A DNA stretch of 64,000 nucleotides from Eledone cirrhosa. Taxonomy: Eukaryota. Location of the stretch: assembly GCA_964016885.1 (NCBI GenBank), contig OZ024747.1:15500001-15564000 (forward strand), written 5' to 3'. Shown piece by piece: positions 1 to 13,121 of this stretch. Under the pieces are notes generated by a model. It ran no database searches and was not told where the DNA came from. It saw only the letters and a program-made list of their open reading frames with translations. Within the stretch, counting starts at the first letter, position 1. Every line of letters begins with the position of its first letter. A program made the position numbers and the translations under genes.

Positions 1-25
1 TATATATATATATATATATATATAT

Positions 26-527
26 AAACAAGGTTTAGCAAATAGATAAAGAGTTTTAAAATGAATTTTTAAAAGTTCGCTGTACTTATCATATATACCC
101 TTACCGCGCGCTTTCAAATCCCAAAATAAATGGATAATACAGGCGGACCACCATTGAGAAGGGGATTCTCGTCAGAAGTTTCTTCTCGCGCGGAGAATAT
201 AAAATTCCCGAGTTCAAATCACAAACTGGCGCCATACAAAACTGTTCCCAGATGATAGTGAATGAGGAAGGGACCAATTCTGGCTAGTGCCGTGTGTAAA
301 GACAAAAGGCAAGGGCGGACAGGTCAATATCGTGCCACTAGAAATAGCAGCAGTTCAAACGACCAAATCGTTATCTCTACCTTAGGAGTGATTAACAATA
401 ATAAAGTATGTGTTCCTACGTGTTCCTACATATAGGGATACAAGTATTATCCAACCGTATGCCAATGTGGTTCTATGGCAGGTTAATAAATTAACGAGCC
501 AGAACATATAAAAACAAGGTTTAGCAA
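26..527. mobile_element. Non-coding insert in (TA)n with 16-bp terminal direct repeat, PLE/retrozyme-like monomer
   Basis: aaacaaggtttagcaa at 26-41 and 512-527; (TA)n on both sides; degenerate hammerhead-like layout on the minus strand ~104-146 (ccgc..atcc/ggat..GAAA GCGC gcgg). Confidence 0.5.
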
Positions 528-1520
<993 letters not shown>

Positions 1521-1524
1521 TAGA

Positions 1525-2873
1525 TGTGTATAATGGTAGCTATGGTGCTTCCATAGGCGGTATGACAAAATTAGCACTAGATATTCAGCAGAGTAGAATG
1601 TAGATAGTATAAAGAAAACGAAAAATCAGTGATGCATCTGGACTTAATTTATTGCGTGTTACAAATGTTTCGCCGGCAGGTAGCTGGAGACATAGTCCTT
1701 GTATGGATCTGGATCATTCTACTTCTCCGGGTTTTTTCAGACACGGGTGTTTCGTCTGGAGCAAATTTTATCACAGGGGTGTTATCATAAAAAAACACCC
1801 TCAAAAAACCCCTACTTCCACACTTGTCATGCCATTGGCTGTTTTTACTCAACGTCATCACAAGTTCTGGTCAGTATCTGCTGCCACACGTTTGATCAGC
1901 CACTTTCCGTCCGACACATTTTGATGGAGTCATGCTGGGTTCAGTATTTCACACGTCTGTTCACACTTCAGAATAAGCAGCCACACATACTAAAATACAC
2001 ACATAAACACACACACATGCTGACACATACATATTTATGCATACACACACGTACGCCTACATGCGCAGACACCCCCACCCCCACATACATACATAAATGT
2101 ATATATACACACACCCTCTCTCCCTCACTTCCACGGACCCTGTCACACCCACTTGTCGATACATATCGCCACAAGCCTTATGACGGCTGCTTACGTCCCG
2201 CCCTGTCTCAGTTGGAATAAGCATGGCCTACTCAAACATACGCATATATACATACATAATCGCGCACACATACATACGCCCAACCTTATATACATATATA
2301 TATATATATATATATACACTCATACACACACATATATACATACACATACATCCATATACACACACGTGTATACACATATATATACTTTTATGTATGTATG
2401 TGGGCGTGTGTGTATCTGAGCATGTAGGCGTACGTGTGTGTATGCATAAATATGTATGTGTCTGCATGTGTGTATGTTTATGTGTGTATTATAGTATGTG
2501 TGGGTGCTTACTCTGAAGTGTGAATCGACGTGTGAAATACTGTACCCAGCATGACTCCATCGAAATGTGTCGGACGGAAAATGGCTGATGAACCGTGTGG
2601 CAGCAGATACTGACCAGAACTTGTGATGACGTGGAGTAAAAACAGCCAATGGCATGACAAGAGTGGAAGTAGTGTTTTTTTATGGTGTTTTTTTTATGAT
2701 AACACCCCTGTGATAAAATTTGCTCCAGACGAAACACCCGTGTCTGAAAGAACCCGCAGAAGTAGAATCAGCCAGATCTATACAAGGACCATGTCTCGAG
2801 CTACCTGCCGGCGAAACATTTGTAACACGCAATAAATTAAGTCCAGATGCATCACTGATTTTACGTTTTCTTT

Positions 2874-2880
<7 letters not shown>
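1525..2880. mobile_element. Large fold-back element (arms ~1604-2108 and ~2378-2880) with single-copy tail
   Basis: Arms are diverged reverse complements (aaaatcagtgatgcatctggacttaatttattgcgtgttac / gtaacacgcaataaattaagtccagatgcatcactgatttt); homologous to 9765-10130. Confidence 0.85.
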
Positions 2881-2921
<41 letters not shown>

Positions 2922-3332
2922 GTATATATATATATATATATATATATATGCATATGTGTGTATGTACAACCAGCATGAATGTGAAAAAATGATTCCACTC
3001 TAAGGGAACGCTATCCACGTATTAACCAAATACTGATAGAATATCAAATCATGATCTCACTTGTCATACATACACAACATAAACTTAAACCAATACGAAG
3101 AGAGTAGCCAAACCTATCAAAAGCATAATCAAAATACATTCCCAAGCCTGAAAATATAGAGATATTTTCTAACTACTGGAACGGATGAGACGCCGGGAAG
3201 ACGTCGTTTCTGTTTAACTGCAACAACCGCTCTCTCGTTATGCAATCAGAGTCGACAAGATTACTTCAACCAACAATTAACAAACTCCATCTATAACCCA
3301 ACAATATATATATATATATGTAAATGCATATA

Positions 3333-3373
<41 letters not shown>

Positions 3374-3378
<5 letters not shown>

Positions 3379-3743
3379 CATACACGTATACATATGTAGA
3401 TGTACCGAGTTTTTCACTGGACACTTTACTGTGAGTGTTCAGCTAGTCTGTATGTAAACACACAGGTTTTTAGAGTCATACTGGTTTTCGAGGAAACACC
3501 TTTCCTCTATTCTCCAGAGGGCCAGACAGGAATATTGGACTAGTTTCGATGTTGTTACATCTCATCAGCAATATTAACCCATCCTCCGGCCCCTCTAGAG
3601 AATCGTAAAAGCACATATCGTTATATGCTTTTTCTATGAAAACCGGTTTGTCTGTGTGTTTACATACAGACTAGCTGAACACTCACAGTAAAGTGTCCAG
3701 TGAAAAACTCGGTACATCTACATATGTATACGTGTATGTATTT
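3374..3743. mobile_element. Fold-back element with ~92-bp perfect arms (3374-3465 / 3652-3743) and a hammerhead in the loop
   Basis: Arms are exact reverse complements; abuts (TA)n on the left. Confidence 0.88.
3531..3575 (-). ncRNA. Minimal type I hammerhead ribozyme
   Basis: Minus strand: AAUAUUG CUGAUGA GAUGU-AACA-ACAUC GAAA CUAG UC CAAUAUU; 7-bp stem I, canonical core, palindromic stem III, GUC site. Confidence 0.88.
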
Positions 3744-3884
3744 ATATGCATACTAGTATTTCAGTATACATATGTGGATGTACACTTCTAACTTAATTGT
3801 TTAAGCGTCAGACATACAAAAGTGAGTTACAAACGAAACGAAATTTAATTTCGTTTCGTTATTTGTTTTTATATATATATAAAT

Positions 3885-4040
3885 ATATATGCGCATATGT
3901 TTTATGTGTCTCTTGGGTTGAAAAGGAGGTCAAGTATGTTATAAATAACTGCTCCGAAGAATCCAAACCACGGTTTGGAGGAAACAATTGTAAGCAAATA
4001 AATGACTTAAACTGAACTTTGATTACTGTAATCTCTATAT
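3885..4040 (+). mobile_element. Solo copy of the PLE terminal region, homologous to 24545-24703 (inverted)
   Basis: Shared sequence cttgggttgaaaaggaggtcaagtatgttataaat...gacttaaactgaactttgatta. Confidence 0.85.
3950..3996 (+). ncRNA. Type I hammerhead ribozyme, CCGAAGA core variant
   Basis: UGCU CCGAAGA A UCCAAAC-CACG-GUUUGGA G GAAA CAAUUG UA AGCA. Confidence 0.72.
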
Positions 4041-4065
4041 CTAAATATATATATATATATATATA

Positions 4066-4264
4066 CGTTATTCCGGGTTGAATCGGAGGTAACCATAGTA
4101 AGTAAGGTACTCAATACATTGCAGAGTATAAAAGTTTTAATATAGATGAGATTCTACAGGACTAGAACTGTTTCATTCTTGAGAAATCATCAGGAATCTG
4201 ATATTTGATTCCTGATGACATCTAAAGAATGAAACATTTCTAGTCCTGTAGAATCTAATCTATA

Positions 4265-4268
<4 letters not shown>
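4066..4268. mobile_element. Fold-back element with tail and back-to-back hammerheads (4150-4198 minus, 4207-4255 plus)
   Basis: Minus: GAUUC CUGAUGA UUUCUCAAGAAU GAAA CAG-uucuaguc-CUG UA GAAUC; the plus arm is a diverged mirror copy; related element at 9565-9715. Confidence 0.8.
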
Positions 4269-4304
<36 letters not shown>

Positions 4305-4308
<4 letters not shown>

Positions 4309-4547
4309 AAGTATATTTTAAAACAGTGAGCAGGTTTGAAATTAGAAAATAGAATAGCTTTCACCGTATTTTTGACTAAAGGAATTTTAGCCTGATAATG
4401 GGGTTTAGAACCCTTAGACAAATGGAAAAAGATGAGTATTGACGTACAATATGTACGTCAATATTCATCTTTTTCCATTTATCTGAGGGTTCTAAACCCC
4501 ATTTATCAGGCTAAAATCCCTTTAGTCAAGAATACGGTGAAAACTAT
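4305..4547. mobile_element. Fold-back element (arms ~4354-4448 / 4452-4547) with tail
   Basis: Inverted arms around gacgtacaatatgtacgtc; second copy at 60976-61200 in opposite orientation. Confidence 0.85.
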
Positions 4548-4868
4548 TATATATATTATATACATATATATATATTAGTTTTGCGAGGTTATTGATATGA
4601 ACGGGAGGAAACATTATAGCACCACTGAAGATGTGGCAAATGTGCAACGAAAGAACTTTGATAGACTATATATTTGTGTTTGTGTCTATATTGTATCTGA
4701 ACTTTTGACCGTTGGTCAGTCAATGGCAACATTGAGGACCGAATAAATTAAATTAATCGATATAAGAGACACAGAAGCGAAAACCAACCAAACAGTGAGT
4801 GTGTTCTGTTATTAATTCTGGCAATATTATTACACAAATATGACCCTCCCCAAGTATAACAATACATA

Positions 4869-4918
<50 letters not shown>

Positions 4919-4965
4919 GATATTGCATTATAATGTAATATGTATACACACACACACACACACAG

Positions 4966-5019
<54 letters not shown>

Positions 5020-5886
5020 TATTTTCCGTTGTGTTGTAATATAAATATTACACACAGTAGATTATCAGCTCACGTAGAGTTTGCTCGACGGTTCCAGTTG
5101 TAGTTCCAAAAGTAATCCGGAGAAAAATAGAAAGATTTGAATGGATACAGTTTAGTTGAAAGGAATTTATTGACACGTGTTTCTATAACAGTTACATAAC
5201 CTAAAACAGCTGCTATCTACAAACTTTTAGTTATGCAGACATTCAATATTTCAATGTTATTATTTACTGTCATTTCATCAGAATATTATTACTGAGGACC
5301 TATTTAGTTTTTATAGAGAATATTAGGAGGGAGGGGTGAAGTTGTTAGAAGAATAGTTGAAGGAGTGGTTTTTCGATAGCGGTGAGAATTCTTGGTGGCA
5401 GTGAGTAATTAGATTCCCATCTGTTGTTTTGACATTTTTTATAGAATATATTATTGGTTATTTTTCTAAATCTATAGAAGGATTAGAGATAGTAAAGATA
5501 TGCGTGGTTGCATATGCATATCTTTACTATCTCTAATCCTTCTATAGATTTAGAAAAATAACCAATAATATATTCTATAAAAAATGTCAAAACAACAGAT
5601 GGGAATCTAATTACTCACTGCCACCAAGAATTCTCACCGCTATCGAAAAACCACTCCTTCAACTATTCTTCTAACAACTTCACCCCTCCCTCCTAATATT
5701 CTCTATAAAAACTAAATAGGTCCTCAGTAATATTATTCTGATGAAATGACAGTAAATATTAACATTGAAATATTGAATGTCTGCATAACTAAAAGTTTGT
5801 AGATAGCAGCTGTTTTAGGTTATGTAACTGTTATAGAAACACGTGTCAATAAATTCCTTTCAACTAAACTGTATCCATTCAAATCT

Positions 5887-5892
<6 letters not shown>
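5020..5892. mobile_element. Fold-back element with ~377-bp near-perfect arms (5127-5503 / 5516-5892)
   Basis: Arms are reverse complements; each has a degenerate ctgatga-aatg...catt-gaaa motif; flanked by (TA)n. Confidence 0.88.
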
Positions 5893-5942
<50 letters not shown>

Positions 5943-6605
5943 GTAATCGTTTATTGTGACAACCTCCAGTCAAGAAGAAAACTAACTGCCATAAAATATT
6001 ACAATAAGGCACAAGAAAACACATATTAATGGCGGTAATGGCAATGATTAAGATTTTTCTATCGGGAAATAATTCAGATGTGTTAGAAGGACATATTTGA
6101 AATGTAAGAGGGAATTTTAATTAAGTAAATACAAAAATATAGAAATTAAAAACAACATAGATGAACATAGACGAACAGACACAAAGAAATATCTTAGTTG
6201 TAAAGTACTGTTATAGGAAAATGCAAACTGATTGTGTGTTAAATTAAAATTTAGATATATTTAAGTGTGTAGAGTTAGAAAAATAACTGCCGAGAATTCT
6301 GTGAGATCTAATATAAAATTAAGATAATTCAAAATAAGTAGGAAAGTGAGATATTGATATAATGGCAAATAAACTATACGCAGATATGCGTGCGTACACG
6401 TTCACAATTACATTCACTGGAACCCCCCCCCCCCATATATATATATATATATATGTATATATTTATATATTTATATGTATTAATATATATACATATGTTT
6501 ATATTTATATATGTATATATATATATATATATTTGTATATATATATATATATGTATATATATGTATATATATATAGGAATATATATGTATATATATATGT
6601 ATATA

Positions 6606-6671
<66 letters not shown>

Positions 6672-6754
6672 ATATTCACATACATACATACAATTACATA
6701 CTTTATACAAATCAGATTCTCGGACAAAAATCACACAGACACACACGCACACAC

Positions 6755-6836
<82 letters not shown>

Positions 6837-7029
6837 ATATGTACACTATATATTATTACATATCACCTTATTAAGATATCTTTGCAATAAACTTTGGTTA
6901 AATGTATATTAGAAGAATATTGAAATATGAAATCATACAGCAGAGTACTAATGCATGGAAAAAACTATAAATTAAAGGCTTTAACATGGATTTTAGACGA
7001 AAGTATCGTTACTTAATATAATTGTGGAT

Positions 7030-7124
7030 TATCATCATCATCATCATCATCATCATCTTCTTCTTCTTCTTCCTCTTCCTCTTCCTCTTCTTCTTCTTCT
7101 TCTTCTTCTTCTTCTTCTTCTTCT
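7030..7124. repeat. Compound (CAT)n-(CTT)n microsatellite
   Basis: Direct inspection. Confidence 0.95.
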
Positions 7125-7394
7125 CGATGAGATCCGGCCCGAGATGTTGACGGACATAAATAGAGAAGTTATCTTCTGGTTGGTTCGAGTATTATACCGA
7201 TTGGCTGGTAACTCTGGAAACGCACCTAAGCAAGCAATGACAAACACCATCTATCCAGCGACATATTGAACTCTATCAACGTTATCAGCCCCACCTCAAC
7301 CAGGTAGAATACAATAGAAACGGATGTAATATGTCTAATAAACTCTAATTCGTCGTACCACTGATTCTCCGTTTGTTATGTGATATATATATAT

Positions 7395-7603
7395 AGTAAG
7401 TGTTTGTTAGTATTATCCAAGGGTTAGAGCACTCAGTCCATATGACGAGTTAAATATAAATAATTACAACAATGACATAAACAGGTACTTATATTTCGTT
7501 GGGCTCTAGACCGCAACTCATTCAGCCTGTCATAAAATAAAACGGAATTGGGGTCCAGAACCCAACGAAACTTAAGTTCCTGTTTATATCACTGTTGTAA
7601 TTA
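7395..7603. mobile_element. Fold-back element with tail and hammerhead-like motif (7481-7530, minus)
   Basis: Arms taattacaacaatgacataaacagg / cctgtttatatcactgttgtaatta; minus strand ACAGG CUGAAUGA GUUG..CAAC GAAA UAUAAG UA CCUGU. Confidence 0.72.
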
Positions 7604-7624
7604 TATATATATATACAAACCAGT

Positions 7625-7785
7625 AGTAATTGTTTCTACTTTTGACACAAGGCCAGCAATTATGTTATCGACCCCATGAGGATGAACGACAAAGTTAACC
7701 TCGGCGGGATTTGACCTCAGACAATAAATGGACGTAACTTTAACCTGGAAAGCATGGCGTCCGACCCTCTACGGATTCCGCTAAT
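7625..7785 (-). mobile_element. tRNA-derived SINE, same family as 12727-12910
   Basis: Reverse complement matches gagggtcggacgccatgc, ccgaggttaactttg, ggggtcgataa, ctggccttgtg. Confidence 0.85.
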
Positions 7786-8637
7786 ACGCACGATAGTGTT
7801 TTCGTTCAATTGGAATGCCTTCTTCACTATATAACCGTTTGGGGGGAGCTGAGCTGAAAACAAGGTACAAACCAACTACTTGGTTACTTAATGTCAACAT
7901 CAATACAAATGAGCTTTAAGGGTATGACTCAACGAGCAATAAATAGCATGCTCAAATAACACCTTGCAATCTTAAAATATCAATGACTCACAACACAGAT
8001 AGTGTTGTCGTACAAGGATAGCATTGAAAATAATAGTAAAGCTTTGATACATAAATTTATTTTAAACGAGTACTCTGAATAATTCACATTAAATTCATAC
8101 TTTAAAACAAAATTATTTAATGTCTTAGCTTCCTGGGTTTTTTTTTATACTTTACAGCAACAAGACCTCCTATGGCAATTGATAAAGTCAGAGTTTAACT
8201 AAACATCGATTTTTATTTGGTCTACTGACACACTAAACTCTAAGCCATCTGTTACTCACAAAACAGATAAGCATGTTTTGATGTTTAATTCAAAATCAAA
8301 ATCTTATTTTAGTCTTACAGAATGACTGTGAAACAGTGTAAAGGGGTACATTTAGTTAGTGTTGGTCTTGTTTAGAATACTGATAATGTTAGTCTTCCTG
8401 AATTTTATCATTTGTTTAAATTTAACCAAAGTACACCCCGTTACATACCCATTAACATAAATAAAATGGGCTTATATCAGTGAGAACTACTGTATATAAC
8501 TATGCATTTATATCAAACAGATTCATCATGTTGTGATCGACAGAAACCAAGAACAGAAAGACATGCCATTTGTGGTAGTCAATTTCCCCCTTATTTCATT
8601 TAAGATGGTGTGATTTGATTACGATGTTGTTTTAGAT

Positions 8638-8917
8638 CGGGCATGGGCAACCCTTTTCGAGAAGTGGGCCGCATAAGATATGTTTCATCATCAGGCGGGC
8701 CGCAAGCGCTAATTTACATTCGTGCTCACATAAAAAAAAGGGTTGTTTTGATTTGTTTCTACGGAATTCGTACACGTTATTTTCCTCGATCGTAAAAATG
8801 GTAGAAAGATAAATTACAACTGAAAAAGTGGGGAAAAAAAATTAAAAATATGTCACGACCCATTCAGAAACTTCACGGGCAGCATGTGGCCGGCAGGCCG
8901 CAGGTTGCCCATGACTG
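8638..8917. mobile_element. hAT (Charlie-like) MITE
   Basis: TIRs cgggcatgggcaacc / ggttgcccatgactg; 8-bp TSD TTTTAGAT at 8630-8637 and 8918-8925; subterminal ggccgc repeats. Confidence 0.85.
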
Positions 8918-9530
8918 TTTTAGATCGTATATTAGCTCCGACGTACATTGCACACAACTAGTTGTATAGATAGGACTCAGGACCCTTGTATTAGAATTTT
9001 ACTTTTTAATTACTTTAAATGCCTTTTCAAGTGTGTCTATATCCAGGACTAAGAGACTGAAGTCCCTCTTCTACACTTCATCAACATATAAACGCAAACA
9101 TGTTTGTAAATTTCGTCATTTATTTTGAGAACGTGGTGCTAAGACATTTCTACCGATAACATCATGCATTTTCAGTCAACATGGACTACATTGATCAATC
9201 TATTATTACTTTAAAACTGTAGAGTGTAGTTGACCAAATATGAAATAAAAATAATGGCTAGTTAGAGTTTCACCAATATTCAAAGAACATTAGCTCATCA
9301 TGATGGCTGAAGAAATTACATCGCCTCAAATATCAATTATTAGTGATTGTTGTCGAAACCCTGACCAGTGTTTGTTTCAACAAATGCATACGCATTTATA
9401 TTTATGTATATATGTATACACACACACATGCATACAGATACATTTATTTATATGTATATATATATATAGTAATAAAAATATTTATACTTATATATGTGGT
9501 ATATATAATTATAAATATGAAGGGTAGTAT

Positions 9531-9564
<34 letters not shown>

Positions 9565-9565
<1 letters not shown>

Positions 9566-9715
9566 GAGATTCTACAGGACTAGAACTGTTTCAATCTAGA
9601 ATTAAACAGTTCTAGTCCTGTAGAATGTCATCTATATTAAACATTATATACCCTGCTATGTATTGAGTATCTTACTTACTGTGGTTACCTCCGATTCAAC
9701 CCGGAATAACTTACC
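9565..9715 (-). mobile_element. Second copy of the 4066-4268 family with a shorter fold-back that lacks the CUGAUGA core
   Basis: gagattctacaggactagaactgttt...aaacagttctagtcctgtagaat plus reverse-complement tail ggttacctccgattcaacccggaataac. Confidence 0.85.
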
Positions 9716-9764
9716 AATATATATATATATATGAGTGTGTGTCTGATGGTAGTATATATATATG

Positions 9765-10264
<500 letters not shown>

Positions 10265-10841
10265 GGAGAGCGAGAGAGATCCTGCGTGTATATTTATATG
10301 TTGATTGTACATACGTATCCGTTTGTATGCTGTTGTGCTATTGTTTAAAAAAAAGCTATTTACAATAATTCGACTGAATGAAAATTGCATTTCTCACTTA
10401 GGAAGCAAATTTTCATCTTTAGTTTTTCTCCCATATAACGTATAATTTTCTTTCTGGTTTAACTGAACCTTTATATACCCTGTTTGTACGAACTTTCCAT
10501 AGGATTGTTCAAACCACTCAGCAGTGCAGAAACATGGTATTTCTGCTAAAATATAACATAAAACAATATCCAATATTGATTTGGTGAGGTGGTAAGAATT
10601 GAATGTGAAGATTAATAGTATAAATAACTAGGAATATTAAAAAAACAACAAGATTGTATATCCCCTTAAATTTGTAAAAATCAATTTATGATCGATAACC
10701 TAGGAATATTATATTATATATTTTACTTTTCAAAATGAGAAATCTTAATAAGGTTTAATATTTGAAACTTTATTGTATTTTTATATTTTTATATAACAGC
10801 ACATACACGTGTGTGCGCACTTATCTTATATAATATACATA

Positions 10842-10889
<48 letters not shown>

Positions 10890-11489
10890 TCATCATGTAT
10901 AATATTACATTTTATATACATTACAATATAGATAGCTCCCTGAATAGATGGATAGTTAAATAGATAGATATAGTTGTAAGTGAATTATTGTGTAGATATT
11001 CAGGTGTCAAGCCTATTAATATATAATATATGTGAAGATAAATATTATATAAATTTAAGTCGTAGGGGGATGCAACTTGTTACATTGAGTTTTCTGTAAA
11101 ACCTTTTTTTAAATCTGAGGCAAAAGTTTCCTAAACATTACTTGACACTAAGAAATATATGAAGACATTCAATACCTCTGCAGGAGAAAGCTAGATGAAG
11201 TGACCTAGTTGAAACTTCGAGGTCACTGCCAGGTTTCTTCTCAGAAAATGTCTACACTCTCCCCACCATCCAAAGATATACACGCACACGAGCATACACT
11301 CCTGTCCAAATTCACAGGAATCTATTGAAATATGTATACGTTCCGTCTCTGGTTACCGCTGAAATATGGACAAACGTATTCATATAAGCTGAATTGTAAA
11401 CTGGTTTTCCTGCTTCAAATCGAACCTAGGAAACAATGATTCCATTGATCTTTCCAATTGCTAAAACTATCTATCGGTCGTGACTCCAG

Positions 11490-11612
11490 GTAGAAGAAGC
11501 AACGTGAAATAAAGTGTCTTGACTAAAGACATAACGCATCGCCTAGTCTGGGATTCGAACTCTCAATCTCACGATTGCGAATTCAATTCCCTAACTACTT
11601 AACCACGCACCT
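11490..11612 (-). mobile_element. Degenerate tRNA-derived SINE head, second family
   Basis: Minus strand gcgtggttaag...gagttcgaatccc (A/B boxes) followed by gtcaagacactttatttcac. Confidence 0.6.
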
Positions 11613-11749
11613 ATGCTTAACTATGGCGTATGCGATTATACGAAAATACCGAGAAATGCATATATGTACTATTGTACACATGGATGTACGCGCAGTATAT
11701 TAGTTTATGAAGATAACATACATCAGGGAAGACGTATATATATATATAT

Positions 11750-12045
11750 TAAGGAATTAAACAAGTTTCAATGAGTACATAAAATAATGAGTTTTACAGT
11801 AGATAGGAAGCACTCTACAGTAAAAAAAAATTTTTCCAGAGTTATTAATATTAAAATACAAATATTAATAAAATAGATGTGCTTGTGATCAATTAAATTT
11901 TATTATACATATTTCAGAGGTACAACAGTACATCCTCATCAGATAAAATAAAATGATACATGACATACCCTTAACCATTTAACATCTCAATGTAATTGAT
12001 CACAAGAACATCTATTTTATTAATATTTGTATTTTAATATTTTAA
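11750..12045. mobile_element. Fold-back element with tail and hammerhead-like motif in the loop (11898-11948, minus)
   Basis: Arms ~11847-11894 / 11994-12041; minus strand UUUUAU CUGAUGA GGAUGUAC-UGUU-GUACCUCU GAAA UAUG UA UAAUAAAA. Confidence 0.72.
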
Positions 12046-12532
12046 TATATATATATATATATATACATAGGTAAATTAATAATCTAAAATTTCAACTATA
12101 TGATCAGTAACTATCTAAACATTCCTACACCCAACGTACGCTAACTTATGCGCATTTACACATACAGTGCATGTTCTTCAATAGAATATTTCATATGAAT
12201 ATGAATATTATCAAAGAACTGTTCTATAGAGACTGACATTTTAAACAGATATTCCATAGAAACCTTTAGTAATTGCTGTTTAATTTTCCATTTTTTAAAG
12301 GAAATACATGGTCATATATTGTTATATACTTATATCTGGATGCATGAATTCCCACCACGTTTTCTCAGCATGCTCCAAACAAATCCCATTTGTGGGAATA
12401 TAAGAAATCTTTATTCACCATATAATCTATTACAATTTGCTTCATGATTGGGAGCGTAAAACTCCGAGTAGTAGATATTCGTGTATGTGTAGTTTCACGT
12501 ATATACATATAATTGTAGTTCTTTGCATTATG

Positions 12533-12726
12533 TATTATATTATATTATATTATATTATATTATATTATATTATATTATAGTATAGTATAGTATAGTATAG
12601 TATAGTATAGTATAGTATAGTATAGTATAGTATAGTATAGTATAGTATAGTATAGTATAGTATAGTATAGTATAGTATAGTATAGTATATTATATTATAT
12701 TATATTATATTATATTATATTATATT
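12533..12726. repeat. (TATAT)n-(TATAG)n-(TATAT)n pentamer microsatellite
   Basis: Direct inspection; abuts the 5' end of the SINE. Confidence 0.95.
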
Positions 12727-12910
12727 GGATTGGCAGTATCGGTAGAGGGTCGGACGCCATGCTTTGCAGCAAAGAGTTACGGCCCTTTATGGTCTGAGTT
12801 CAAATCCAGCCGAGGTTAACTTTGCCTTTCATCCTTACGGGGTCGATAAAATAAAGTACCAGTAATACACTGGGTATTTGCTGGCCTTGTGCCAAAGGTA
12901 GAAACAATTG
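12727..12910 (+). mobile_element. tRNA-derived SINE, near full length
   Basis: A box tggcagtatcgg, B box gagttcaaatcc, central gcctttcatcc..ggggtcgataaaataaagtaccag; several copies in the window. Confidence 0.88.
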
Positions 12911-13046
12911 TATTATATTATATTATAAATATATATATATACACACACACTCTCTATCTCGCACACACACACATACACACACATATATATATACATACAT
13001 ATACCTATTTTTCTAACATTCTCTTTATCTCTCTCTCTCTCTATCC

Positions 13047-13121
<75 letters not shown>

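Noticed and set aside
1652-2992. Paired ORFs on opposite strands (MRVTNVSPAGS.., MMTLSKNSQWHDK..)
   Set aside because: By-products of the inverted repeat; frames are not conserved between arms
3182-3215. cggatga-gacg..cgtc hammerhead-like start
   Set aside because: Followed by GTTT instead of GAAA; no stems I or III
12727-12810. tRNA gene
   Set aside because: A and B boxes are present but there is no cloverleaf, and it continues into a multi-copy SINE body
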